From Malacoraja senta (lineage: Eukaryota): DNA of 64,000 bases. Position 1 is the stretch's first letter. Each line of letters starts with the position of its first letter. The DNA lies in NCBI GenBank assembly GCA_038087875.1, contig CM075993.1, positions 1,304,001-1,368,000 of the forward strand, written 5' to 3'. Position numbers and translations under genes: made by a program. Shown here piece after piece: positions 24,511-36,973 of the stretch. A model generated the notes under the pieces. It did not search any database and had not been told where the DNA came from. It saw only the letters and a list, made by a program, of their open reading frames with translations.

Positions 24511-25801
24511 AACGAAAAAAAGTCACTTGATGGGCTGAATGGCCTAATTCTGCTCCTATCCCTTATGACTATGAATTCAGCCTCATTAATGGATCATATC
24601 ACTGCCAGACAGGGTGTGGATATGTTAACTAGGTTTCAACAACAGTGTGGAAGCTGCAATGTTAAGGTTGCTACGGCAGCTCGTTAATTCTAGGCTTATT
24701 TAATTAATTGAGTTTATGTTTTCCAAACGGCAGAGTGCGTTTCTCCAGTTGCTAGCCCAGTAACCTCTAATTGTTGCCCACATCAAGAGGCAAGAGTGTT
24801 TAATTGCTCTATGTACCGGCAACGGAACAATGGGCGGCTACTTTCTGTATCTTAACAGGCCCATTAGTGCCACAACACACAGATAACTATGTAATAATCA
24901 ATTATAAAACAATTTAATAACAATAATACCAGGGAACCATCATAGTGTGCAACCAAACTCTGTAGGGCGATCAAAGATTCAGTCCGTGCAGTGTCCAAGA
25001 GCCTGATGGTTGTTGGGAAGAAGCTGTTCTTGAACCTGGAGGTCACAGTTTTCAGGCTCCTGTACCTTCTTCCCGATGGTAGCAGTGAGATGGGAGCGTG
25101 GCCAGGGTGGTGTGGGTCTCTGATGATGCTGGCTGCCTTTTTGAGGCAGCGACTCCTGTAGATCCCATCGATGGTGGGGAGGTCAGTACCTGTGATGGAC
25201 CTTCGATGGTGGGGAGGTCAGTACTGTGATGGACCGGGCAGTGTTCACCACTCTCTGTAGATCCCTTTGTTCCTGGGAGTTTGTGTTATCGAATAAGAAC
25301 ATGATTCAACTAGTTGTTATTCTCTTTGCCTCAGAACTGTGGAAATGTGATAGAATATTTTATCGACAATCTCCTCAATCCTCCGACTATTGCAACTGGA
25401 AAAAGAAAGTCAGGATGAGTGACTTGTAATTCTAAGGTACTTTTCGCAACCTTGTCACATCAACAGCATCTGCAACCAGTCAAGTACAAGTATAGTGTCT
25501 TTGCCAGACACAAAATGCTGGAGTAACTCAATGGGACAGGCAGCATCTCTGGAGAGAAAGAATGGCTGCCTGTCCCGCTGAGTTACTCCAGCATTTTGTG
25601 TCTACTAGCCAGCATTTCTTCAGTTCTGGATTGTTTGCACTGAAATCCTTGGAGTCCGACCTTCTGACCTTTGGGGTGAAGGCATCATGACCAGGAGGTT
25701 AATTTTTAGTTTAGTTTAGGTTATCATTATCACATATACTGAGGTACAGTAAAAAAAACGTATTGTTTGTATGTTATTCAGTCAAAGAAAAGACCATACA
25801 T

Positions 25802-25927
25802 CTTCTTCTTGCGTATGGCGTGCACAGCCTAAAGTTGTGGGACAACTTGTTCTATTTGATCTTATTTGATTGCGCATGCCGGGTTGATTGCATTTGCAGG
25901 CCATGTGAAGGTTGCAATCTCCCACCC
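25802..25927 (-). mobile_element. Second copy of the HDV-headed short retroelement (ribozyme internally deleted)
   Basis: GGGTGGGAGATTGCAACCTTCACATGG...TGCAATC...CCATACGCAAGAAGAAG; TSD agaccatacat/agactatacat (25791-25801 / 25928-25938). Confidence 0.85.
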
Positions 25928-27900
25928 AGACTATACATGACTACAATCAAGCCATCCATAGTTGTGCAGATAAAGGCTATAACGTTTAGCTCAAGATGAA
26001 GTTTGAATAAAAATAGTTCACAGGTCTCCAATGAGGTAGATGTGAGATCAGAACCGCACCTAGTTGTTGAGGGGATGGTTTCGTTGCCTGATAACAGCTG
26101 GGAAGAAACTGTCCCTGAATCTGAAGGTGTGTGTTTTCAAACTGCTGTTGTACCTCTTGCCCGATGGGTGTGGAGAAGAGGGGGGGACCGGGGCGAGACT
26201 GGTCCTTGATTATGCTGGTTCTCCATTCTAAGGCATCAGAGTGAAGGGAAGGTAGACAAAAATGCTGGAGAAACTCAGCGGGTGAGGCAGCATCTATGGA
26301 GCGAAGGGAATAGGTGACGTTCTTCTTTAGACTGATGTGGGGGTGAGTGAAGGGGAGTGTGAGTCAGCAGTAGTGGTGGGACTGAGCCTCTGGGTGACAC
26401 CAGCATCTTCCCAAGGAAAGAAAGTACCTTGGACAGAGTAGCACGACTTTGCAATTAGTCGCTCTCCCTCGGGTTCTTGCACTGGCACGTCTCGTCTTTT
26501 GACTCGTGAGGACATGTGTGTTAATCACCAGCAGTTTAAATAATCCCTTGTTTAAGTCGTGCCCAAAGTGAAGTGAATAGTTTTCTCGTGTGAGTTAGGC
26601 ATTACACGTCTGAACTGCATTGATAATTAAGAAAGCACAGAGATCACTCGGAGATGAAATGTGTTCTGGCAAATTACCAGTTTACAAAAGGTCACATATA
26701 TATGAACACAAAGCAACAACTGCATTTTTGTTCATTCAACGAACTAGGTTTGGTTTCTGATACTGATTCTATCTGCGTTCTGTTGTTGCTGTGCCCATAA
26801 GACTTGTTAGGTTGCATCGGGCTGAGTTGGTCACGCATTGTTGAGGGTTTAAAGCTGCAGCTATACCTCTCTCAAGCCTTGACTAAAGTATTATGGAGTA
26901 ACTGAAAGCCCACGGTTCTTTATTGGACGCGGTCTTTAGCGAGGGCTGGCACTTGTTATCTCGTTCTATTTTCGCACAATTATTCATTTATAGCTGATGG
27001 GTGTTGTTGGCAAGACCGGTAATGTTGAACCGGACCTGAGATGGTGATGAACATCTTCCATCTTGCAGCAATGCAGTTATTATCTACAAGACCGTTTCAG
27101 AAAAAGTGGCGCAGCGGTAGAGTTGCTGCCTTACAGCGCCAGAGACCCGGGTTCGATCCTGACTATGGGTGCTGTCTGTACGGAGTTTGTACGTTCTTCC
27201 CGGGACCGCGTGCGTTTTCCCCGGGTGCTCCAGTTTTCACCCACATTCCAAAGACGTGCAGGTTTGTAGGTTAATTGGCTTTGGTTGTAAACTGTCCCTA
27301 TGTGTGTGTAGGGCAGTGCTAGTGTACGGCGATCGCTGGTGGCTGTGGACTCCGTGGGTCAAGGGGCCTGTTCACGTGCTCTAAACTAATCTAAGAACTC
27401 CTCGAGATAGAAGCAGGAGTGGAGAAAAGATGATGAGAGGCATAGATAGGGTAGACAGTCAAAATCTTTTTCCCAGAGTGGAAATGTCAAAGACTAGTGG
27501 GCATAGCTTTAAGGTGAGTGGAGGGTGCCTGGAACATGTTGCTGGAGGTGGTGGTGGAGGCAGATACAAGACTGGTGGAGGAGGCTTTTAGACAGGCACA
27601 TGGAGATGCAAGGGATGGAAGGATATGGACCATGTGCAGGCAGGAGAGTTTAGTTTATCTCATCATCATGTTCAGCATGGATATTGTGGGCCGAAGGGCC
27701 TGTTCCTGTTCTGTGTTCTCTGGGTAGACAATCGTGTACCAATATCCTGACTGGCTCTCAACTTCAGCCTTATTATTGCCTGTGCTCCATATTCTTATGT
27801 TTCCTATTAATTTCTCCTTTAAATGTAACAAAAGATTGAGCATCCACAGAGCTTCACAGGAAAGACTTCTGAAAAGTCATCTCCCATTTGAATCCGAATT

Positions 27901-28225
27901 CGACCTTTCTGTCCTGGGCCTCCTCCATGGCCAGAGTGAGTCCCACCGCAAATTGGAGGAGCAACACCTCATATTTCGCTTGGGTAGTTTACACCCCAGC
28001 GGTATGAACATTGACCTCCAATTTCAGGTAGTCCTTGCTTTCTCCCTCCATCCCCTCCCCTTCCCAGCTCTCCCACAGCCCACTGTCTCCGCCTCTTCCT
28101 TTCTTCTTCACGCCCCCCACCCCCCACATCAGTCTGAAGAAGGGTCTCGACCCGAAATGTCACCTATTCCTTCGCTCCATAGATGTTGCCTCACACGCTG
28201 AGTTTCTCCAGCATTTTTGTCTATC
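27901..28225 (+). mobile_element. Penelope-like element 3' fragment
   Basis: DLSVLGLLHGQSESHRKLEEQHLIFRLGSLHPSGMNID, then the ctgaagaagggtctcgacccgaaa terminal unit. Confidence 0.85.
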
Positions 28226-31032
28226 TCCCATTTGAAGAAAGTAGTTTCTCTCTATTTCAGACCTGACTAACCTAGCCCTGACTTTGAGAGCTTATATTGG
28301 CCGAAGGGTGATCTGACAGGTGTGTAAATTATGAGTGGAATAGATAGAATTATTGCACAATCTTGTATCCAAGGGAGGGGAAACAAGATCCAGGGGTCGT
28401 ATCCAGGGGTCGTAGGCTGAAGGTCATAAGTGATAGGAGCAGAATTATACCATTCGGCCCATCAAGTCTACTTCGCCAGTCAATCATGGCTGATCTATCT
28501 CTCTCCCTAACCCCATTCTCCTGCCTTCTCCCCAACCCCCGACACCCATACTAATCAAGAATCAATCTATCTTTCTCTGCCATAAAAATATCCATTGATA
28601 TTATATGATGTGAGAGGGAAAAGAGAATAGGAACCTGAAGGGCAACTTTTTCACACAGAGGGTATATAAAACAAGCTGCCAGAAGAGGTAGTTGAGGCAG
28701 GTACTATAACAATTAAAAGACATTTGGACGAAGACATGGATAGGAGAGATTGAGAGAGATATGGGTCAAATGTGGGCAAATGGATCTAGCTTAGTTGGGG
28801 CATCTTGGTTAGCATGGATGTGTAGGGCTGAAGGGCCTGTATCCATGTTATATGACTATGGTCCCTTGTTCTGGGCTCCTGGGCCAGAGTAAACTGATGA
28901 GTTTGTATATTTCAATTTCACCTGCCGTTCTTCTGAATGGTAGACCATGGAAAGTCAAACTGCTCAAACCTCTCCTTGTATGACAGTCCCACCAACCCAC
29001 AAACAAGCCATGTGGATCCATCAGTTCAAAGCCTACCACAGCAGCTGGGTAATTTAAAATTCCCATCATTAAGTGGATGTGAAATAAACAACCAGCATCC
29101 ACAACGAACCAAAAGCCGTGAAATTCTTGGCCTTTGGTTCAAACTCAGCATCTGCAACTTTGCCGACATTCTCACTTCCAAATACAAATGTCCTTTATGT
29201 CGGAATAGTCACGCTTCATGGTTGGAAATCTGTTCTGCACTTGGTCAGGCCTGCCTGGGACTCCAGTCCGACTGGTGGTTAACTCCTGATAATCTTCTGC
29301 TGTAGCCCAGAGGGTGGGCGGTTGGACCTATATCGGAGCTAGGGGCAGGAGTGGACCATCAACTGTAAGCTGCCATTCAGTAACATCACGGCCACCTCAC
29401 AGCGCCAGAGACGCACGCGTGATTGATCCTGACCTCGAGTGCTGCCTGTGTGGATTTTGCATGTTCTCCCTGTGACTGCGTGGGTTTCCTGCAGGAGCTC
29501 CGGTTTCTTCCCACATCCCAAAGACGTGCAGGTTTGTGGGTTGGTTGGTCCTCTGTAAATTGCCTCGCGTATGTTGGGAGTGGACGTGGAAGCGGGATAA
29601 CGTAGAACTCATGTGAACGGGCGATCGATGGTTAGCCTCAACTCGGTGAGACGAAGGGCCTGTTTCCATGCTGTATCTCTAAATTTACCCGAACTAAACC
29701 ACTGATCTGACCTTGGCTTGGCTTCATTCACAGAAAGCTTGACTTCCTCAACAATTGGTCTATTTTTGCTGTCAATGGCTCATCCTCCACAGTTGTACAG
29801 GCTAGAGAATTCCAAAGATTCACAACACTATGAGAAGTGCCTTCCTCCTCCTCTGTGTCTGCAGAGCCAGCCTTGCCTGTGACCTCCAAGTCCCAGAAAC
29901 ACATAAATAGGAAAATATTCCACAAGACGTGTTCAGTGATTAAAAATATTTTGTTTAGTTTAATTTAGTGTACGTTCTCCCCGTGACCAGCCATCCCCGC
30001 ACACCAACACTATCCTACACTAGGGACAATTTAGAATTTTAACAAGCCAATTAGATTACTAACTTGTAGGTCGAGCCTAGGTCAGATCAGTGGTTTAGTT
30101 CAAGTAAATGTAGAGATAAAGCATGGAAACAGGCCCTTCGTCCCACCGGGTCCAGGCTGACCATTGATCACCCGATCACACGAGTTCTATGTTACCCCAC
30201 TTTCACATCCACTCCCAACACAACAGAGACAATTTACAGAACACCAATTAACATACAAACCTGCACGTCTTTTGGATGTGGGAGTAAACCGGAGCTCCCT
30301 GAGAAAACCCATGCAGGTCACGGGGAGAACGTACACACTCCGTACAGACAGCACCAGTAGTCAGGATCGAGCCCGGGTCTCTGGCGCTGTGAGGCAGCAA
30401 CTCTACCGCTGTGCCACCGAGCTGACCACGCCATGCCAAGGTTATTGACAATATTTCCTCCTGCACAGCGAATATCTAAACCACAAGCAGACATTTCGGT
30501 CTTGAATCCTTGGCCCACATAGCCTGTCTGAAAAAGGGTTCCGACCTGAAACGTTGACTGATCATTCCTGCTGAGTTCTTCCAGGACTTTGTGTTTTGCT
30601 CAAGGTTCCAGCATCTGCAGTTTCTGTGTCTTCGCACAACCTGAAGTTTTGTAGAACATCTGAAACGCATTCAGTAAAGCCATATCAGGGAAGAGAGTAG
30701 GACTGAGATGAGGAAAAACTTTTTCACCCAGAGAGTTGTGAATCTGTGGAATTTTCTGCCACAGAAGGCAGTGGAGGGCAATTCACTGGATGTTTTCAAG
30801 AGAGTTTGATTTAGCTCTTAGGGCTAACGGAATCAAGGGATATGGGGAGAAAGCAGGAACGGGGAACTGATTTTAGATGATCAGCCATGATCATGTTGAA
30901 TGGCGGTGCTGGTTCGAAGGGCCGAATGGCCTACTCCTGCACCTATTTTCTATGTTGTCTATGTTTCTATGGATGCATTGTTGTTGATGTTTGAGTAACT
31001 CTAGACTGACTTCACTTCCTAATTGTTCCCAG

Positions 31033-31143
31033 GTTCAGTTTCACAAGTTGCACCACTTACGATTGGCACAGACCCGGGCACAGTATTATGGAGGATCGTT
31101 ACCGAACGTCAACCAGATTGGCAACAACTCACATGACTTTCAG
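31033..31143 (+). CDS. CRTC3: CRTC3 coding exon 2
   Basis: ttcccag|VQFHKLHHLRLAQTRAQYYGGSLPNVNQIGNNSHDFQ|gtacgc; 111 nt, phase 0-0. Confidence 0.95.
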
Positions 31144-31723
31144 GTACGCGTTGAAACGCAAGGCTCCAGCTTTTTGTTGTTTCCTCTCTGCCTTCCAGAG
31201 TTGCTTGCCTTCCCATCTCTCTCACTTAACCGTCAATGGGAGAGCTGCCTCGTCCTCTCAATAGTTGACTAAATCGTTTTATTTGTCACATATGCAACTG
31301 CACGGGGAAATTCTTTTTTTTGTGTTTAGTTTAGAGATACCACGCAAAAACAGGCCCTTCGGCCCACCGGGTCTGCACCAACCAGTGATCCCCACACATT
31401 AACTCAAGCCTACACACACTAGGGACAATTTGCACTTAAACCAAGCCAATTCATCTACAAACCTATACGTCTTTGGAATGTGGGAGGAAACTGAAAATCT
31501 TGGAGCAAGTCATCCTCAGTCTACCCCACGCCACGACAGAAGGAGGAGTAGTTGTAACGTTTGATAGCCACAGGGAAGAAGGATCTCCTGTGGCGTTCCG
31601 TAATCCACTGTAAATCTCTCCAGTAATGTCAGGGACTTGCAACTGTTTATTGGCAGCATAGTGTGTTTTTCCCTTTCCCTTCGGTATTCTGCAGCAGCCA
31701 CAACTGTTCCCGATGAGCCAGTG

Positions 31724-31850
31724 AAGGGCCTGTCCCACTTGGCGATTTTTTTCGGCGACTGCCGCGTCACGCGTCATTTATCGGTGACCTGATACGTCAG
31801 TCAATGATGCCAACAGTCGCCGAAAAAATCGCCGAGCGGGACAGGCCCTT
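31724..31850. mobile_element. Non-autonomous TIR element (PIF/Harbinger-like MITE)
   Basis: TIR AAGGGCCTGTCCCACTTGGCGATTTTTTTCGGCGACTG / CAGTCGCCGAAAAAATCGCCGAGCGGGACAGGCCCTT. Longer copy at 55022-55247, partial copy at 18654-18693. Superfamily is tentative. Confidence 0.75.
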
Positions 31851-33111
31851 CCTTGCCCAGTTCTATGGCTGACTATTGAACGTAGATCAAAGCTGTCCTG
31901 ATTTGAACTAATGTGCTGGAGTAACTCGGCGGGTCGGGCAGCATCTCTCGAGAAAAAGTTGCTGACTTTTCATCACCAAAACTTCACCCATGCTTTTTCT
32001 CCAGAGATGTCTGATCTCCAGCACTTTGTGTCCATCTTTGGTATTAACATCCACAGTTCTTTGTTTCTAGTCATTTCCTGATAGATAATGTTCATTCATA
32101 GAGTCATCTACACATTGCTTCATCACATTTCCCTGGACACACTTAACAAAGTGTCTCATGTTGATCACTAAGGTAGCTCCAGTCAATTTTAGGCAAGTTA
32201 AAATTGCCTACTCTTTCATTCCTACTCCTATCTGTAATTTAGTAAGGCTGCAATGAATTGCTGAGCAAATGCTTTCATCTTCTTATTTATGAGAATATTC
32301 ATTTTAAGATTGTAATCAAATCTTGTGGATCAAATGTCAATTTTGAACGACTTAAACTTGTTTCTGAGTGTTCAGATCATGGGATTAGATTACGATACCA
32401 CTAAACATCAGAAGGTCTGCCCTGCCCTATTTTATTAAGCAGTCCACAATTGTGACTGAAACGCTGCAGTTGTTAATATTTCAGTGAAATGCTTATCCTT
32501 TAGTTAAGATTTAGTACCATGAATAGCTTTCACTTATTTTGGATAATTTGCCATTTCCCTGGAAGTCGTCTCTTGTGTTTGCGACTGATTAATGACGTGG
32601 AGGTACTCAGCAGGTCAGGCAGCATCTGAGGAGGGAATGGGCAGGAGAAGTTTTGAGAAGAGTTCTCTGAGATTTGCTGGACTTTACAGTTTTCAGACTC
32701 CTGCACCTTCTTCCCGATGGCGGGAGTGAAATGAGAGGGTGGCCAGGGTGGTGTGTGTCACTAATGATATTGGCTGACTTTTTGAGATCGAGCTGCTAAT
32801 ACATCCTTTCGATGGTAGGGAGATCATTACCTGAGATAGACCAGGCAATGTTCACCGTTTCTTTTGTAGTCTGGAGATTCTTTCTCATTCTTCCCTCCTT
32901 CTCTCCAGAGATGCTGCCTGTCCCGCTGAGTTACTCCAGCATTTTGTGTTTAAGAAAGAACTGCAGATGCTGGAAAAAACGAAGGCAGACAAAAATGCTG
33001 GAGAAACTCAGCGGGTGAGGCAGCATCTTTGGAGCGAAATAATAGGTGACGTTTCGGGTCGAGACCCCTTCTGTGTCTATCTTCAGTCAATAAGTTCTCT
33101 AGTTTAGTTTA

Positions 33112-33427
33112 TTTTGGTTTAATTTAGAGATACAGCGTGGAAACAGGCCCTTCGGCCCACCGGGTCCGTGCCGACCAGCAATCCCCGCACACTAACACTA
33201 TCCTACACCCACTCGGGACAATTTTTACATTTACCAAGCCAATTAACCTACAAACCTGTACGTCTTTGGAGTGTGGGAGGAAACGGAAGATCTCGGAGAA
33301 AACCCACGCATGTCACGGGGAGAACGTACAAACTCCGTACAGACAGCGCCCGTAGTCAGGGTCGAACCCGGGTCTCCGGCGCTGCATTCGCTGTAAGACA
33401 GCAACTTTACCGCTGCGCCACCGTGAC
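33112..33427 (-). mobile_element. tRNA-derived SINE (HE1/V-SINE-like), minus strand
   Basis: Reverse complement of the 24201 family. Other - copies at ~6566-6864, 30093-30418, 31325-31510 (partial), 36515-36806. Confidence 0.8.
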
Positions 33428-36400
33428 CATCCATCTACTTTATATTCTATACATAAGTTCAGTGTTGGAGCTGGTATTAAAATAACCCGCTGAGCCTGAC
33501 TGACCCTGAAGGTGTGAGATGCCTCATCGGTGTCACAGTGCAGGAGAGGTGCAGACTGCACCAGAGCAACATTAGACCTGTTTACTGCGCCACTGACATT
33601 TTGATTCACTCACTTAACAGTTAACACTTCAGACTGAGGAAGTGCCAGGCGAGATGCTGGTGGGACAGAGGTTTTTGTGCTTGTGTTGTGACAACATTAA
33701 TCACCGAAACCATGGTGGTTCGGCCAGTGAACGATGTAGCTGGGTTGAACTGCGCCGAATAGTGCAGGAAAAATGTTCCCGATGTTGGGGGAGTCCAGAA
33801 ACAGGGGGTCACAAGTTTAAGAATAAGGGGTAGGCCATTTAGGACTGAGATGAGGAAAAATGTTTTCACCCAGAGTTGCAAGTCTGTGACTTAACTTGGA
33901 GGGTGCACTGATGGTAATGTTTTTGAGCGATTTATCAAACAGTGGATAATGATAATTAGGCTGGGATTGATGGAAAGTGAATGGAGTGCTGCATGCTCAG
34001 AGTGGGTGAGGTTAGAGGGGGTGAGGGGAGTAAGGGAGAGTGGACCAGTGGATGAGTCAGGATGAGGGTGAGGCTAGAGGGGGGTGGAGACACTGGCAGG
34101 GTTGACGTCACGCTACCAGTTGGAGATAGAATGATGAGGATGATCAGAATCCTGATGCAGGATTTCAAGCTGAGACATCCACGGTTCTTTCCCACCCACA
34201 GAAGCTGCCCAACCTGCTCGGTGCCTCCAGCACATTGTTGGTTGTTGATAAACCAGTAACTCTGGTTGCGTATGTGTGTGTGTGTGTGTGGAGTCAGTTC
34301 AGTTCACAATGTTGAAAGGCTTGACGTTGGGCTGACGTGCGCGGGCCCATGTTCTCCCTCGTCCAGTCAGACAAGGAGTCCATTCCTAATAGCTAGATGA
34401 AGGAAAACTGTTCCCCATGTTGGGGGAGTCTAGAACCAGGGGTCACAGTTTAAGAATAAGGGGTAGGCCATTTAGGATTGAGATGAGGAAACACTTTTTC
34501 ACCTAGAGAGTTGTAAAAAAATCATTAAAGTGCACATTGTCACAGCAGTAATTTCTACCCGGTGAAACCAAAATTGTATAAAAATACCCTTTAATAAAAT
34601 CTGACAATATGCACTTTAACCACATGTGATTTTTTTCTATTACTAATCTCAAATTGTGGAGGACAGAGGCAAATAAATAATGATGGGTCTTTGTCCCAAA
34701 CATTATGGAGGGCACTGTGTATACACACACTAAACTTTTTCCTCTCTCTCGTTAATTATATAGTTTACAGTGTACGATGTTTACATATTGTGTTGAGCTG
34801 CAGCAAGGAAGAATGTCATTGTTGTATCTGGGACACACACGTGACAACTTGCCTGTTGACCGGGGGCTGTGGCAGGCATGTTGTGTCACACACTGCTGGC
34901 CTTGGCAAGCTGGTGACTGAGCTGTATCATCCCTATCTGTGTTTACTGTCCTCCCCTGTCTGCTCATTCGCCCTGTTCAAGGTCTTTATGTTCCTGCTCT
35001 GGAGATACCCCTCCCCCTTCCCACATCACCGCACTCTTTCAGGGTACGAAGTTAATTATCAAAATATCTGCAGGCATCCGCTGCTGCCATTTCAAAACTC
35101 CGGTCTCTGCCCTTAAAGGTGCTGGAGGTGGAGGGCTCAACCCCACTTTTACTGAGGCAGTTTACTCGGGCATTCTGGGCTCATGGAGTCATTCATGGAG
35201 TCAGTCTTCTAGAGTCATGGAGTCATTGGATAGAGACAAAAAGCTGGAGTAACTCAGCGGGACAAAAGGAATGGGAGACCTTTCGGATCGAGACCCTTCT
35301 TCACCCATTCCTTCTCTCCAGAGATGCTGCCTGCCCCGCTGAGTTACTCCAGCTTTTTGTGTCTGTCTTCGGTTTAAACCAGCATCTGCAGTTCCTTCCT
35401 ACACATGGAGTAATTGGAGTCTAGGACTAGAGTCATGAAGTCATGGACTGTGTGGTCAACTTGGATCCAATTGTAGTCACTGGAGAAAAGTTTGTATTTG
35501 CTACCTATCTACTCCTGACCACAGGAGAACATCACAGTGAATGGGGAAGTGACCTTTCAGGTTGGGACTCTACTCCAGACTCTGTCCACATTTCATGCTG
35601 TGGAGCCTTCCCAGAGACCCGGTGAAAATGGAAAATAAGCTGATTGCTATTGTCCTGCCAACTCATTTGGTGTCACCTTATCACAGGCATTCCCTCTGTT
35701 CTATCTGCCTCTGCTCAGCCTTCTCCACTGCTTGAAACTAACTTGTTTTCTCCCGGGTGTGATGTAGCTCTTGGACGTCAAGTCTTGACTCCATTCATCT
35801 TTCCACTGATGTTTCTGAGTTGCTGAGAATTTCCAGCGACTCCTAATTTTCGAATCACAATTTTAATCAACACTTGTAACGTCAAATCATTTTTCATTCC
35901 CAATTTTAATCATGTTCATAAGTGATAGGAGAAGAATTAGGCCATTCGGCCCATCAAGTCTACTCTGCCATTCGATCATGGCGGATCACCCTGTTATCAG
36001 GCATCCTACCACAACCAGAGAGCAGTCTTGAGGTACTATCTACCTCATCGGTGACCATCGGACTATCTTTGATCGAACTTTACCAGCTTTATCTTGCACT
36101 AAACGTTATTCCCTTATCATGTATCTGTACACTCTGAATGGCTCGATTGTAATCATGTATTGTCTTTCCGCTGACTGGTTAGCATGCAACAACAGATATC
36201 ACTACCTCAGTACACGTGACAATAAACTTGGGGTACATGACGGGGTAAAACAATGTCTGATTAAGTTACCTGTGGAACACTTTAGAATGTTTACCTGTGT
36301 TGAAGGTGCCACAAGGGGTACATCAGTGGAGCTAGTTCATCTGCACCCTCAGGTGCCATTACCTGTGTGTGCAGGTGTGGAGCAGCCCTGTTGCCACTAC

Positions 36401-36838
36401 ATGAGTTGTCACCTGTCTGTATTGCATGGTGTGTAGCCGGCCCAGGGCCCTGCTGTGTGGATTGGTGGTGGCTCATTGATCATGCAAGGTAGAATGATTG
36501 CAGGTGGGTTTAGCTTAGTTTAGTTTAAAGAAACAGCGCGGAAACAGGCCCTTCGGCCCACGAGTCTGCACCGACCCGTACATTAACACTATCCTACACA
36601 TACCAGGGACAATTTTACATTTATACCAAACCAAATAACCAACAAACTTGCACGTCTTTGGAGTGTGGGAGGAAACCGATCTCGGAAAAAACCCACGCAG
36701 GTCAGGGGGAGAACGTACAAACTCCGTACAGACAGCGCCCGTATTCAGGGTCAGGATTGAATCCACATGTCTGGCACAAGGTAGTAGCTCCACTGCTGTG
36801 CCACTGTTTAAAACTTTATTTCTCTCTCCTCGCCACAG

Positions 36839-36973
36839 ACACTGTTGCATCCGACGCTGGACTCTATGCGGGGAACACGACACCATGGGTTGGTGGAGAG
36901 GGTGCAGCGAGATCGAAATCACCTGATGTCTCCCCATCGCCGCCAGTCCCCGATGGATAAGCACGGCCGACAA
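36839..36973 (+). CDS. CRTC3: CRTC3 coding exon 3
   Basis: ccacag|[45 protein letters not shown]|atatcctt; 135 nt; conserved [11 protein letters not shown] motif; U12-type donor. Confidence 0.92.
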
